Of a stretch of DNA of 64,000 bases, positions 26,602-40,994 are shown piece by piece. The DNA comes from Octopus sinensis (lineage: Eukaryota). The stretch lies in assembly GCF_006345805.1 (NCBI RefSeq), contig NC_043004.1:48236001-48300000 (forward strand). Direction: 5' to 3'. Positions within the stretch are counted from its first letter, which is position 1. The number at the start of each line of letters is the position of its first letter. A program made the position numbers and the translations under genes. Under the pieces are notes generated by a model. The model saw nothing but the letters and a program-made list of their open reading frames with translations, did not search any database and was not told the DNA's origin.

Positions 26602-27792
26602 CAGGAGTAAATAGGCACCCCTATAATCATTAAAATTTATTTAAATCTCAAATTATACATTCAAATTATTTAGTAATTTTATAATGTGAATATTTAATAT
26701 TTAGTAGACATGCCCTTTGCATTTTTTAATGCAATAACCTATTAGACATGTTACTGATCAGATGACGAATATTCTTTTCAGAATTTCTTACCAATTTTTA
26801 TGCAGTAACCTCAAAACATCTAGCTTTGATGATGCTTTTTTTTATTCTTTTTACGAATTGTCTTGTCCATTATGTCCCAGAGGTGCTGAATAGGGTTCAT
26901 ATCTGGTGACTGGCTTTGCCATGGAAGCGTTTTAATGCCATTCTCATCCAACAAATCTTGGCTCATTTTAGCCAAGTGACAAGGAGCCCCATCTCCCATA
27001 AATAAAGAGTCTTCTTTAATCGTTTCACAACTGGAGAAGATTGGAAGGATTTTTTTCTGCAAGGTGGACATATATTTATTTCAGTTTATGTTTCCCTCAC
27101 ACTCCACCAGCTCTGGTCAACCATTGCTCCAAATTGCTCCCAGACTAACATAGAATAGCTGCCAATCTTTTCACATCAAATTCTTGATCACAGAGTCTCC
27201 AGACCCACACTCGACCACTGTCAGGAAATACAGCAAATATGGACTCATCAGAGAATATGACAGGGTCCCAAGATGCTAGTGGCCTCTCCACCATCTCACT
27301 GGCCCAGTCTTTTCTCCGCTTGATGTTGGCTGGTCGGAGAAATGGCTTCCATCTTGCTACTCTGTCATAGTAATCAAGTTTGTGGAGATACTTGACAGGT
27401 GTTCTGGGACTGACATCAACTTGTTCTGCTATGTCAGAGGCCTTGCAATGAGGATTATCCTCCACACATCACTTAGCAAAGAGAAGGGTCCTGTCAGAGG
27501 GCCCTGGTTGATCTGGGTGAGGTGATGTGGACTCCTTCCCGTCTTTGGTGAACTGCACAATCACTCTATTGACTGTAGAAAGCGGGATTTTACGCTTTGT
27601 CCCCCTCCAGAATGACCCACAATACGGACTCTTTGAAATTCAGACAGTTCCAAGGCTTCTTTTGTACATGGCATGATTAAACAGTCACATATAGAACCTG
27701 AAATGTAAAAATGTCAATTAATAAAAAATATATACATTTACAAGTTAGAGTATACATAAAACGATGTTTTATGGTCTGTCTATTTACTTCTG
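26602..27792 (-). mobile_element. Degenerate Tc1-like (DD34E) transposon
   Basis: VIFSDES, MGDGAPCH and WQSQSPDMNPIQHLW motifs, plus HTH/RWKPFL. TIRs caggagtaaatagg / ctatttacttctg, with TA at the left end. Confidence 0.9.
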
Positions 27793-28389
27793 TCATGTCT
27801 GTGTATTTGTGTGTGCGTGTGTACATGTGTGTGTGTTTGTGTGTATGTGTGTGTACAAGGGGATTCTTTCAGTTTCTGTCAACCAAGTCCACTCACAAGA
27901 CTTTGTGAAGCGCGCACCTACAGTAGAAGGTAAGGAGTCATGCAATGGGATTTAAACCCAGAACCATGTTGTTGAGAAACAAACTTCTTACCTCACAGAA
28001 ACACTTTTTATTTTTCAGTCAGAAAGAAAGACAGTACCAGTGAGTCTCTACAAGGTCCTCTGAGACTGCCAAGACATCAAGTAGTGATATTAAACAGGGT
28101 AACAGATTAAGCTCGCCACACAGGGTATACGCATTCACAAACACACATACAAGTATACACACGAACACATACCTATATTTATACAAATATATCTTTTATC
28201 TTTTACAGTTTTCAGTCATTAGACTACGGTCATGCTGAGGCACCGCCCTAAAGACTTTTAGTCGAACGAATCAACACCAGTATATATATATTTTTTAAAG
28301 CCTGGAAGTTATTCTGTCGGTCTCTTTTGTCGACATAATTACACCGACACCGGTTGTCAAGCGGTAGTAGGAGACAAAGACAACACACA

Positions 28390-28730
28390 CAGTTGGCGTG
28401 TATCCTGTTGCTCCATGAAGCTGAAAGTGTTTGTTGGGTTCTGGATTTGAAAAAGAGTTCATAGATGGCCTTCTCTTGTAATTTCGTAGCCACGTTGGTG
28501 CTCAGAGAGCGGCTGGCTTCTACAAGAAAACGTATCGTATCTTTTCCTTGTGATTTCACAGAACAATATCTGGCCGGTTCTCTTTTAACTTGATGACTGC
28601 TTTAATTTTTTAAGTTCCACCAATAATTCTTTCGACCCATCGGTCTCAATATGGTCAACTTCGTCTGTTGGTGTTTTCTTTTCTGTTATCCTGTTCCAGA
28701 CGGTTCTGGCCATCGCATGGAAAGATATCT
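28390..28730 (-). mobile_element. Fragment of a restriction-like-endonuclease non-LTR element (R4/Dong/NeSL type)
   Basis: Across frameshifts the minus strand reads KENRPDIVL*NHKEK...FLVEAS...NVATKLQEK..Y, fitting the RPD...E...K...Y RLE pattern. Confidence 0.55.
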
Positions 28731-28765
28731 GGAGAATAAATAGTATATAAGTAATAAGTATATAC

Positions 28766-28796
<31 letters not shown>

Positions 28797-28803
28797 TATA
28801 TAA

Positions 28804-28834
<31 letters not shown>

Positions 28835-29194
28835 CTAGCAGTATCGCCCGGCGTTGCTCGGGTTTGTAAGGGAAATAACTATAAAGCATTTTTAGAGAGT
28901 TATAGCAAAAAAATGGGGGAAAAAATGATGGTAAATTTTTTTTGATAGTTAAAAAGGTCGAGTTGCGTCCCTTAGACCATCTGTGGTTTGTGTTTCTGAT
29001 TGTCGACCCCATGTCGAATTTATCGATCTTTTTCAGAAGTGGGGGAACTTTTCAAAATTTTCGCTGCGTTAGTTTTGAATTATGACATTGGGCTATGTGT
29101 GTGTCAAGTTTCATCAGAATCGGTTCAAAGCCGTGGTCAGAGTGAGGGTACAACCAAACAGACACACAGAAACACACACAGACAAACTGCCGTT

Positions 29195-29200
<6 letters not shown>
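28835..29200 (-). mobile_element. Non-autonomous Helitron
   Basis: 3' hairpin CCCGAGCAACGCCGGG plus CTAG end, identical to the end of the 43358-43725 copy. The 5' boundary merges into (TA)n. Confidence 0.75.
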
Positions 29201-29227
<27 letters not shown>

Positions 29228-29242
29228 TATATAATATATATA

Positions 29243-29273
<31 letters not shown>

Positions 29274-29275
29274 AA

Positions 29276-29310
<35 letters not shown>

Positions 29311-29820
29311 ATATATGTGTGTGTGTATATATATATACGTAAAGGTCACCTGGAAAGTCTGAGTTTCCCAACAACGTTTTGTTTCATTTTGTTTTGTTTT
29401 TTTTTTCTTTTTCGGGTTATTTCGCATGCTTTCAACGAATGTGTCGTCGAAATCACGCGTAAAAGGCTCCTTTCTCCGGAAAAAGAAAGATTTGGTTACT
29501 ATTTCTTGCACGCCCTGCTACAATGTAACAGGTATTTCGGGTCCTTTATCGCAAATAGCCGTTACGTGGTAGCAGGGCATGCTGGAAATAGCAGCCAAAT
29601 CTTTGGAACTGAGAAACGTTAAATGCACTTTAAAAAATTGTAATGGTATTCCCTCGGGGCGATCTTTCACTTTGTCTCTCAGAACTGTCATCTAGATCAG
29701 CTGGTTTTGTTCATTAATTTCCGTAATTTTTTTTGTATTTACTTTTATTTTGAAGTGGAAGAGAGAAAATGAAAGATGTATGAACATATATATATGAAAT
29801 AGACATGTGAGGGAGAGGGA

Positions 29821-29852
<32 letters not shown>

Positions 29853-30009
29853 ACACATACGTTCACTTAATCACTATCTCTCTTTCTCTCTCGTTCTCGC
29901 TCTCTCTCTCTCTCTTCCTCTCTCTCTCTCTCTCTTCCTCTCTCTCTCTCTCTTTCTCTATCTCTCTCTCCTCTCTCTCTTCCTCTCTCTCTCTCTCTCT
30001 CTTTCTCTA

Positions 30010-30040
<31 letters not shown>

Positions 30041-30159
30041 ACACACACATACACATGCACACATACATACAAAAAAGATGTACTCATATGTATTGATGTA
30101 CATATGTATACATGACAACACACCCCTTCACTCTCCCTCTCACTTTCTTTCTCTCTTCT

Positions 30160-30190
<31 letters not shown>

Positions 30191-32588
30191 TCTCTTTCAC
30201 ACACACACGTCCCATTTCATATACATATACATATTTCACTTTCTTCTCTCTTTCACTTTATAACAAAAGTAAATAAATAAGAACTTTTTACAGAAATCAA
30301 CGACTTAAAAAATAATTTTAAAAAACATTGAAATATTGTCTGTTTAAAGAAAGCTAAAATATAAACTCTTATTGTATGTGTATTTGTCACACATAGCAGA
30401 CATGTGCTTCTGTTGATTGACATGCCATGACATTCATTATATGTGTGTGTATTCTGTATGTGTGTTGATGTAACAGAAGCCAATTTTCTTTTTCATCCTG
30501 AAATAACAAACAAAAATTGTGTTTACTCGTTTTCATTAATAAATAGAGGTCCAAATGTCACAAAAATCTGTACTGCACTGCCTAATCCATACATTATAAG
30601 AAAATAAATATGCTAAAAGAATAACGATAAACTATACTATTTCTGGGGTATTTCGGCTACAAGCAAACATCCCTAGGGTTTTAGTATTATTCATATATAC
30701 ATATACATATACATATACATATGTGTATCTATGTGAGTTTTTGTGCCTGCGTTTGTCCCCCCACCCACCATCACTTGATAAGTGATGTTGGTGTTTTTAC
30801 ATCCCCATAGCATAGTGGTTTGGCAAAAGAGGCCGATAGAATAAGTACTAGGCTCTTACAAAGAATAAATCCTGGGTTTGATTTCTTCAGCTAAAATCCT
30901 TTAAGGCGGTGCTCCAGAATGGCCGCAGTGAAACAAGTAACAAAATAATAAAGTAACATTAAATCATTAAAATTGTTTAAGATATTAATGCATCAAAATT
31001 TCAGCAATTTCTTTAATAATTTTACACAAAATTTTATTAAGAATTGTCTACAGCTTGGATATTACGAGAGCTGAGATTAAAAAGTGTTGAATTTAAAATA
31101 CATTTGGAATGGGACTAGCAGATATGTAACTAAAATTAATGCATTAAACAAACTGAATGATTTATATCCCTTCATAAAGGTAGCAATAAAAATAGAAAAC
31201 ACTTTGGTCTAATAACATTGGGATATATACACAATTCAGACCATACATAATTATTTCATTCAGTGATATACAAGGAGGGATTGTCTTAAACATTTTCGAG
31301 AACCATCACAGAAAATGCAGTTAAGTACCAGGAAAAAATATTCAAATTATAAAGCAAATTCTTCTGTTAAGTATTGCAAAGAACTACCAGCATTTCAAGT
31401 AGAATCAGCAGAGTCCAATTTGTTAATATTGATTAGAGACTATCTCTAGACATTCAGTAATATTTGTATATTGCCTGATTCATTAAATCAGATATATTGA
31501 TCAGAAGTAAAATATTAATCAAAAGTAAGAGAAGTGTACAGAATCTATTATGTACTAAAATTAGAATCCTTTGTTTCATGTTTGAAATCTTGGTTGCGAT
31601 TATCAACTGCTTTTATATTAGTTTCAAATTTGGGCGCAAAGCCAACAATTTCTGGAGAGGGGACAGTTTGATTATATTGAACCCCAGTACTCAACTGGTA
31701 CTTATTTAATTGACCCTGAAAGGATGAAAGATAAAATTGATCTTGGCAGAATTTGAACTCAAGACGTGAAGATGGGTGCTTCTAAACATTTTGCCCAGCA
31801 TGCTAATGATTCTGCCCGCTCACCACCTTGACAACTGATCACCTGCACATTATGACTAAGATAGGTCTTTCAAAGAATATCCATATCGTTACTAGATCAA
31901 GAGAATCATCATCATTTTACATTCATTTTTCCAAGTTTGCATGAGTTAGATGAGTCCTCTCCAACACGGCTTCCATTAATTTGTTTCATTCTTTTGCCAC
32001 TTCCTTTGTCAGGTTCAACATCCTGAGATTAGATTTTTACCATTTCTATGTCTTCAGTGTTTCTCTCCCACTGGTTCCTTCCACATGGATCTCCTAAAAC
32101 TTTACATACACATTACATACCCATGCCAATACAGTCCCCTCTCTTACACATATCTGATTCATCTTATATCCAGATTTTCTCTCAACTCATCCTATATTAC
32201 TTTATTTGTTACACACTAACATTACACATCCAACAGGGCATGCTTGTTTCATTTCTCCTCAACTTTCACAATTCTGCATTCAGTAGCCACATCTCGCAAG
32301 CATGCAGTATTTATAGTCCTTACTTGAGCATCATACGCTCAACCTATCACTCAGAGAGAGAACCTTGTGGTCAGCAGAGATAACTTTTTCCCCCTTATTG
32401 TAATTCTGGTTACTGACAATTTGGTCACCTATATAACAGAAGATATCAACTACTTCTGAAGAGCCTTCTGGGCATTGCATAGAATTTATGCTACTGGAGC
32501 TCTGACAGCTAACTAACTACTGTATCCCTATCACAATCACAGTAATTATTCACTGCATGCCTTTAATTTCATTATATATTTTGTGCAA

Positions 32589-33149
<561 letters not shown>

Positions 33150-33189
33150 GCCACAGATTACATTGGGTACATGTATTAAGTTTCTCCCC

Positions 33190-33660
33190 ATTCCTTTTCC
33201 GTATATTGAGCAAAGTTATTAACAGAGTCCTGTCTTTTTTTATTCTGATGAAAACTTCAGATAAAATTTACTCTGAAGTTTCTTGCTAGAAGATTTTGTT
33301 TCCATGTCTGGAATTTCCACTTAACATCCTCCAGATCGTCTGTTATAAAGAATAAGTCATCAGCGTATAGAAGTTACCATTCTTCACTTCTTTAGTTATA
33401 AATTTAGGGGTTATAATAAACAAGAGGAAGCTGAGAACCGATTCTTGATGGACACCTACTTACACTCTGAATTCTTCAATAACGCATTGCCAACCTTCAC
33501 TTTGCTGACTGCATCTCTGCATATATTTGCACCCCCTTCACTAGTCATTCATTTACTCCTAGTTTTTTTAGTTGCCCCCAGATATAATTCATGGTACCAT
33601 GTCAAATTCATCAGTTTTCTGCAAAATATGTTTGACTTAATGTTCATGCAACTTATATTA
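33190..33660 (-). mobile_element. Decayed RTE-like RT fragment; further RTE-like pieces at ~31910-32570, 34465-34920 and 36340-36600
   Basis: Minus strand VGVHQESVLSFLLFI and W*LLYADDL. The 34.8-kb and 36.5-kb pieces share the tail aacccatgccagcat...ttaaacgat followed by (GAT)n. Confidence 0.65.
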
Positions 33661-33993
33661 GTATGTTTCAGGATAAAAATTACTACCTGTAAATTCACAG
33701 TCTATATGGCTAATGTAAGTATGATATTTAACCTACAAAACAGTATTGCTAATTATTATTCACTTTGATATGTTAAGGATTAAGGATATGTTAAGGATTA
33801 AGACTTGAGATCAGCAGTGGCTCCTAAACATTTACCATTGCAAACGTTTCTTGGTAAATTGCTAATTTTTTTAACCATTATATATATATATATTATTAAT
33901 ATTAGGGAAGTTATTTCCGAGTCCACAGGGGAGAGAAGTTCAATTTAGTAGTACTAAAATGAATTACTCACTGTATTATATACATATATATAG

Positions 33994-34429
33994 ATAGGTT
34001 TAAGAGACAGAATCACCCTCAAGCAACTCAATCATCATTGAACGACATTATCTACGATAGGTACATACAGGACTAAATATTAAAATTATCAAAATGAATA
34101 CCTTCAATTCTTATTCTAAATCATATACTTTACATTATATAGACTACGCGCGTTTCATGACAACAAATTCCTCGATATTGCTGAAATAGGTCTCGAAATA
34201 CAATACCCTATTAAAACGATTACATTGCCAATTTTCAGGTCTAGATTATATGAACGTATTTTGCTATATAAAGACATGAAAAACTAAAATTATATAACTA
34301 GTTGTCGGAATAATTGAAGGTATTAATTTTGATAATTTTTTAATATTTAGTCCTGTATGTACCTATCGTGGATAATGTCGTTCAATGATGATTGAGTTGC
34401 TTGAGGGTGATTCTGTCCCTTAAACCTAT
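33994..34429. repeat. Fold-back cassette with ~100-bp inverted arms (33994-34095 / 34326-34429) and a hammerhead motif in the loop
   Basis: Arms are near-perfect reverse complements. The loop, minus strand 34140-34243, reads UAGAC-CUGAAAA-...-GAAA-CGCGCG-UA-GUCUA. Confidence 0.85.
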
Positions 34430-34431
34430 AT

Positions 34432-34464
<33 letters not shown>

Positions 34465-36688
34465 TGTGGCATAGTCATGTGATGCATATAGACGAGGACA
34501 GCCACGGAAAGAAGTGCTGATCTCTAACTATGGATGGGACCTGTAGAAGAGGAAGGCCCAGGAAGACATGAGACAAGGTGGAGAAGCATGATCTTCGAAT
34601 TTTCGGCGTCATAGAGGCGATAACTAGTGACTGAGACCTTTGGCAATATGCTGTATTTGAGAAAACTTGTCAAGCCAAGTGAAATCGTAGCTGTGGCAAT
34701 TGCCAGTATCATGTAAATAACATCTGTGCTGGTGACACGTAAAAAGCACCCATTACACTCTTGCTGGAGTTAGGAAGGGCATCAAGCAATAGAAACCATA
34801 ACAAGTCAGACTAGAACCTGGTGCAGCTCTCCGTCTAACCCATGCCAGCATGAAAAGTGGACGTTAAACGATATGACAATGATATATCTATGATGAATAT
34901 GATGGTGATGATAGTTATAGAAAAATAATGTTCCAAAAATTTAATACCTCAACATTTAGATACTTTTCTTGGGAAAATATTGCTCAGGTTTTGTTTATAG
35001 TAAATATCATTTTGTGGCTCTTATCCTTACAGTTGATTGTATGAAAATTCCTGAACATTCTATGTTTGTAACTGCAAAAGTCATTGGGTGATGTACCTCT
35101 GTTGTGCAAAACATTGAGAGACCAAGGCCCCAAATTGCAGTCTAGATGGCAGTGTCAATTTTTACTACAGTCAACATTGCCATCAATTGCTACAACTAGT
35201 AGACAGACGCAAGACAATTTAACTGGTAGATCATCCAGATAAAGTCCATTTGCTGTGATTATGCAAAAGAACAAGGAGAAGAGTTAGAGATTCAGATAAT
35301 ATTTTGGTTATACATTTCAAATTTCAGGTGTTCTTCAACCAATGAGAAGTCATTTTGTTTCCATATTAAATTATATTCACTGTTATCATGGCCCAAGGTG
35401 TTAAGGCTTCTTTTACAGTTTCAGTTGGCTACAGTGCTTCGAAAGATAAAATGAATGATTAATTACAAACTCAAACTAAAATTGTAAAATCTACCACCTG
35501 CGTAAACTAATAACAGTCAATGGCGTGCAACAACAAATCTGTAGGTAAGTCCATGGAATGTCAATAAATTTGATTGCTGTGAATAAGAGAAATTGTAACA
35601 CACTTGTAAAATCATGGCTTTGGGAAAATATTTTCAGGTTCAGAATTGTCAAAGCATGGAATAAACTACGAGGGTGGTCTAAAAAGTTCATAGGTTGACG
35701 ATGAAGGAGTTATGCTACAGCTGTAAAATCTTTCTTCTTATTAATAACTGCATTATTATTAATAAGAACATTAGCAATGATATAATATTGGTTACACAGT
35801 GATTTAGTAGAGTTGTAGAAACATAGGAAATATGCGATGTGTTGTTTGTTCGGGCTTTGCGTGCTCTGAGTTCAAATCCCATCGAGGGATTCCCATACTG
35901 GTTGAAGGAAGAGAGAGAGAGAGTTATCATCGAATTGGAGACGTCGTTCCAAGATCGATAAATATAGATCCAGCCCAGGATAGTGGATTGCCAGAATTGT
36001 TAGGCTTCAATTTAATCTCTATCACCTGATTCAACACCACCTTCGTACCCTCGCTGGAGTCCATTCTGTTACAAACACTTGAATGGGGTCTCCAATTTGA
36101 AGATATTAAATATTGCTGCAAATCCTTGTTTTTGTTGGGAGAAAAAAGGGGGAACTGGAGTCTCCCATATTCCGAAAAACGGGGTGGGGTGAGGTGGAAG
36201 CCACGTAAATTTCACCCCACCCCCACCCCATTGATCTTTCACCTGCATATTTTTATTAAGAAAAAAAACTCGAATTTTTTTTGCATGGAATCAAGTACTC
36301 TGACCTAATATGCAACAAAAAAGGGGGCGTGGGAAAACCGGACTGGTGCGGCCGATGCCAGTGCTGACCATTCGAGCGTGATCGATGCCAGTGACAGTCA
36401 CATTTGGAAAGCACCCACTACACTCTCGGAGTGGTTGGCGTTTGGAAGGGCATCCATCTATAGAAACCTTGCCAGAACAGACTACACTGTCATTGCGGCC
36501 TCCTGGCTTGCCAGTCCTCAGTCAAACCGTCCAACCCATGCCAGCATAGAAAGCAGACATTAAACGATGATGATGATGATGACGATGATGATGATGTATA
36601 ATGATATATATAATTATGATAGATTGTTACCCATTCAATATTTAGGTAAACTTCGTCACCCACTCTCTCTCTCTTTCTTTCTCTCACT

Positions 36689-36787
<99 letters not shown>

Positions 36788-37542
36788 CACACAAAAATGA
36801 AAAATTGCAAAGGAAAAAAATCTATATTCAGGATTATTAGATATATTATATCCAGTGATTTTAAAAGGTATGAAAAAGATATTTTTGTTTTTAATATATT
36901 TTACTTGTCTAATGCATATACACAAACTAACGTGTGTTTTGTTTTTTTTTTTTGGAATAATTGTTTATCATTCGTTATCTTTCCACTGACTTCGGTACCA
37001 CTAACTTCTATAACCTGTGCATTTTCGCTAATTCAAATTCTTTGAATTTTCAACCTCTCGAAAAAGTATTTTTGCAAAATGTTATCAAAAATTATGGGTA
37101 AAGAAAGAAATAGCAAAAAATATTTGAAAATGTAGGTGGGGGTCAAATTGCCGAGAGTTCCACTCCACCCCTCCCAACCCCGTTTTTCGGACCCCAAAAT
37201 GGGTTTTGTAGCATACTAGGAGGACACCGAAATTCAGTCAACGAAAAAAAAAAAATGGGTGGGGTTCGGTTCCCCGCCCCCTCGGTTTTCTCTAAACAAA
37301 AATAAGAAGTTTGCAGCATATTAGGAGGTCAGGGTACTCGATTCCACGCAAAAAATCCGGGGGTTTTTTTTTTTTTTTCTTAATGAAAATCGTGCTGGTG
37401 AAAGAATCAAAATTTACCAAACAAAGTACTTGTCAAGACATCATTTTAGAAATCTGTTTCTAATATACGAGTTAAATGCTATTAGAAGGCAAAAACATTT
37501 CGATTGTCGAGTTTATTGGTACGTAATTTTTACTTTGAATAG

Positions 37543-37930
37543 TGTGGAAGCACTCCGTCGGTTACGACGATGAGGGTTCCGGTTAATCCGAATCAACGGA
37601 ACAACCTGCTCGTGAAATTAACGTGTAAGTGGCTGAGCACTCCACAGACACGTGTACCCTTAACGTAGTTCTCGGGGATATTCAGCGTGACACAGAGAGT
37701 GACAAGGCCGGCCCCTTGAAATACAGATACAACAGAAACAGGAAGTAAGAGTGAGAGAAAGTTGTGGTGAAAGAGTACAGCAGGGATCACCACCACCCCC
37801 TGCCGGAGCCTCGTGGAGCTTTAGGTGTTTTCACTCAATAAACACTCACAACGCCCGGTCTGGGAATCGAAACCGCAATCCTATGAGCGCGAGTCCACTG
37901 CCCTAACCTCTGAGCCATTGCGCCTCCACA
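37543..37930 (-). mobile_element. tRNA-derived SINE family C, full length; a variant with a different 3' part at ~49640-49912
   Basis: tRNA-like head with A-box and B-box (ggtttcgattccc) and a TCG (Arg-like) anticodon region. The 5' half is shared with 49755-49912. Confidence 0.85.
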
Positions 37931-38150
37931 TTTTGAATAACTCCAGCAGAAGTTAACCAACTCGAAAATTTATACAACACACAGTATTGCATGTACTAAG
38001 GGAGATTACTTGTTATAGCAATTCTCTCCCTTGACGGATTTTACATACACACATGAAGTAGGTAAGAACAAATATGCAAGGCTTTTTTTCTTCAAGTTTA
38101 AAATGAGACATTGCTGGCATAATTTCGTTATATCTATATTCCACAACACA

Positions 38151-38400
38151 TCTTTTATATAAAATCCGTTCTGGCTGTCTGTGTGTGTCTTCCAGGATCT
38201 CGGGCATCCTCCATCCGATTGCGCTCAAATTTGATTTGTAGATACCGATGGTATCAGGGCGTGTATAAGTCTTGAAAAAAATTACAAAAATCGATACCAG
38301 GTGAGAATGCGATCGATAAAGCCGTGGGAACGTGCATTTGTACGCGCAAGTGCATCAGCTGTTGCGATCGATACTACGCGTTGTGTGAATAAAATCGTTT
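38151..38400 (+). mobile_element. Possible Helitron 5' end
   Basis: Starts a|TCTTTTATATAAAA...tgtctgtgtg, like the 5' end of the 43358 Helitron. No 3' CTRR hairpin found. Confidence 0.4.
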
Positions 38401-39120
38401 TTCTTTGGAATAGAAAAAAAGTCTATCTTTATTTCTTCTTTTTGCTGGTGTCTCAAATTTAGATTAAATCAGTGTTTCTCAACGGGGAGGCCTATGGGAC
38501 GGTCGGACAAGTTGTTTTGAGAAAATTTGGTTTAAATGTTTGACAACTCAGCACCGTCCATTGGACGGGGGACGTTTTACTCGTATATACATAAAAACAG
38601 AACAGGCACACACACAGGCAAAGAACAAGCACGCACGTACAACCCATTAGCCTTCTTCTCCTCCTCCCATTTCGTCAACTGACAGTTGGCAAGACACAGA
38701 CACGTGCTTTCACGGAAACAGATGAATTTAAGTGTTTTGATTTTGTCGAGTCATATCGAAAGAATACCTTATTTTGTATATATTTTTTTCATTTTCACAA
38801 CTTTTTTCTTTGTTGCATTTGATTTAATTGGAGAGGTACGCTTCTGAAGAAGCGCCATAGAGTCAAGTTAATGTTAATATCCTTAATGCAGAATCTGGCA
38901 ATCCTTATTTCGTGTCGATACCAAATTTAGGCATTGTTTCTCGAATCATCGATTCCAACAAGGAGTTTTGAGGATCTACGACTGTTGTTCATGAAAGTAG
39001 AAAAATATTATGAAAAGGCTGAAAACAATCTAAGTACAATTTGCAAGTCGTGTTTATGTGATAAGAAGTTTTCATCTACAAAAATCCACTCACAAGGCTC
39101 TGGTTAGCCCGAGGCTATAA

Positions 39121-39347
39121 AGCGAGCTGGTAGAAACGTTAGCGCGCCGGACGAAATGCTTAGCGGTATTTCGTCTGTCGTTACGTTCTGAGTTCAAATT
39201 CCGCCGGGGTCGACTTTGCCTTTCATCCTCTCGGGGTCGATAAATAAAGTACCAGTTTCGCACTGGGTCGATATAATCGACTTAATCACTTTGTCTGTCC
39301 TTGTTTGTCCCCTCTATGTTTAGCCCCTTGTGAGCAATAAAGAAATA
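39121..39347 (+). mobile_element. SINE family B, full length, inserted into a minus-strand family A head
   Basis: Complete B unit flanked by contiguous family A sequence on both sides. Confidence 0.85.
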
Positions 39348-39572
39348 TATAATAGAAGACACTTGGCCAAGGTGACACGCAGGGGACTGAACTCGGACCC
39401 TTATGGTTGGGAAGCAAACTTCTTACCACATAAACACGATCTATATTCAATGAAGTGATAACGCTAGTTTTTTTGTTTTTTTTTATTCATAGACATAAAT
39501 GTATTTAAAGTGATGTTTGATACGGAAAATAAGAATAAACTTACACGGAGTAATCTTTTTATAATTATAATA

Positions 39573-39730
39573 GACGGAGTGGCTGTGTGGTAAGTGGCTT
39601 GCTTACCAACCACATGGTGCCGGGTTCAGTCCCACTGCGTGGCAGCTGGGGCAAGTGTCTTCTACTATAGACTCGGGCCGACCAAAGCCTTGTGTGTAGA
39701 TTTGGTAGACGGAAACTGAAAGACGCCCAT

Positions 39731-39763
<33 letters not shown>

Positions 39764-39990
39764 CTGTGTTTGTCCCCCCCCCCACCCCAACATCGCTTGA
39801 CAACCGATGCTAGTGTGTTTACGTCCCCCGTCACGTAGCAGTTCGGCAAGAGAGATCGATAGAATAAGTACTAGGCTTACAAAGAATAAGTCCTGGGGTC
39901 GATTTGCTCGACTAAAGGCGGTGCTCCAGCATGGCCGCAGTCAAATGACTGAAACAAATAAAATAATAGAAAAAAGAGTAAAAGAATAAA
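39573..39990 (+). mobile_element. SINE family A, full length
   Basis: Family head, (TG)n and tail. Confidence 0.9.
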
Positions 39991-40994
39991 GTTATCTGAA
40001 ATTTTTTATGATGTTTACAGTGGGGAAAATGGCGACGAACCAGCAGAATCGTTAACACGCTGGATGATAAAATGCTTAGCGGCATTTCGTTCGATTTTTA
40101 CGTTTTGAATTCAAATCTCGCCGAGTGGCCGATAAAATAAGTGCCAGTTGAGCACTAGGGTCGATGTAAACAACTTACCCCCTCCCCCGAAATTGCTGGG
40201 CTTGTGCCAAAATTCGAAATCAATATTTACTATGGAAGCAATCCAAATCTCACCAAGTATCTTTTAATATTCACAATTAAAATAAGGCGGCGATCTGGCA
40301 GAATTGTTAGCGTGTCTGGGTTCAAATTCCGCCGAGATCGACTTTGCCTTTGTTCCTTTCAGGATCGATAAAATAGTTACCAGGTGAACATTGGGGTCAA
40401 TCTAATCGAATTACCTCTGCCTCTCGAAATTGCAGGCCTTGGTATGTAACATTAATTATCAATGTTTAATCATAGTCTAAATCTATAAAGAAGTATAATT
40501 TGTTGTGTCTGGTGAGAGTCATTCTCTTTTAGTGCCTTATTATTTAACACACTCACCGGTAAAATTTCCACTTATTTCTTATTTTTATTTTCCTTAAATT
40601 TTCGTTGCGTGTTGCAACGTTTTCAGTAGTCTTGTCTCTCAAATCCAAATCCAAAACCAAATCCAAAAACGAAATATAAAGAAGTAGAAATGCTGAAAAT
40701 GTTCTAAGAACGTATAAAGACAAAACAAGAAAAAAATTCAAAGTATTTATCGTTTAAAGTAGAAATAAAGCAAAAGGAAACTAGTTTTTGGTTTCCAAAA
40801 TATACAACAAGCCCTATGAAGAGTACATAGTTTATAAAAGTAACTGGATAACAACAGCGAAAATGTGTGAAAGCTATGGTTGTGGTGGAGTTTACTTGTC
40901 AGTATAACAAGTTGTCATTAGTGCACGAATATAGATTGATCAAGTACTATGTTTTTGCTAATTTTGTTCTTATGTAGTCCAAATTAGAGCCATA

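Noticed and set aside
35870-36110. Coding-like segment (IDPAQDSG) faintly resembling a cadherin repeat
   Set aside because: Lacks LDRE and DxNDN motifs and has in-frame stops.
37860-37930. tRNA-like sequences at SINE heads
   Set aside because: They continue into SINE bodies and lack a complete cloverleaf and terminator, so they are not called as tRNA genes.
40590-40880. Further hammerhead-like strings (~40590-40632 minus, ~40812-40880 plus; also ~49207 and ~54762)
   Set aside because: Core or stem I too degenerate to call.
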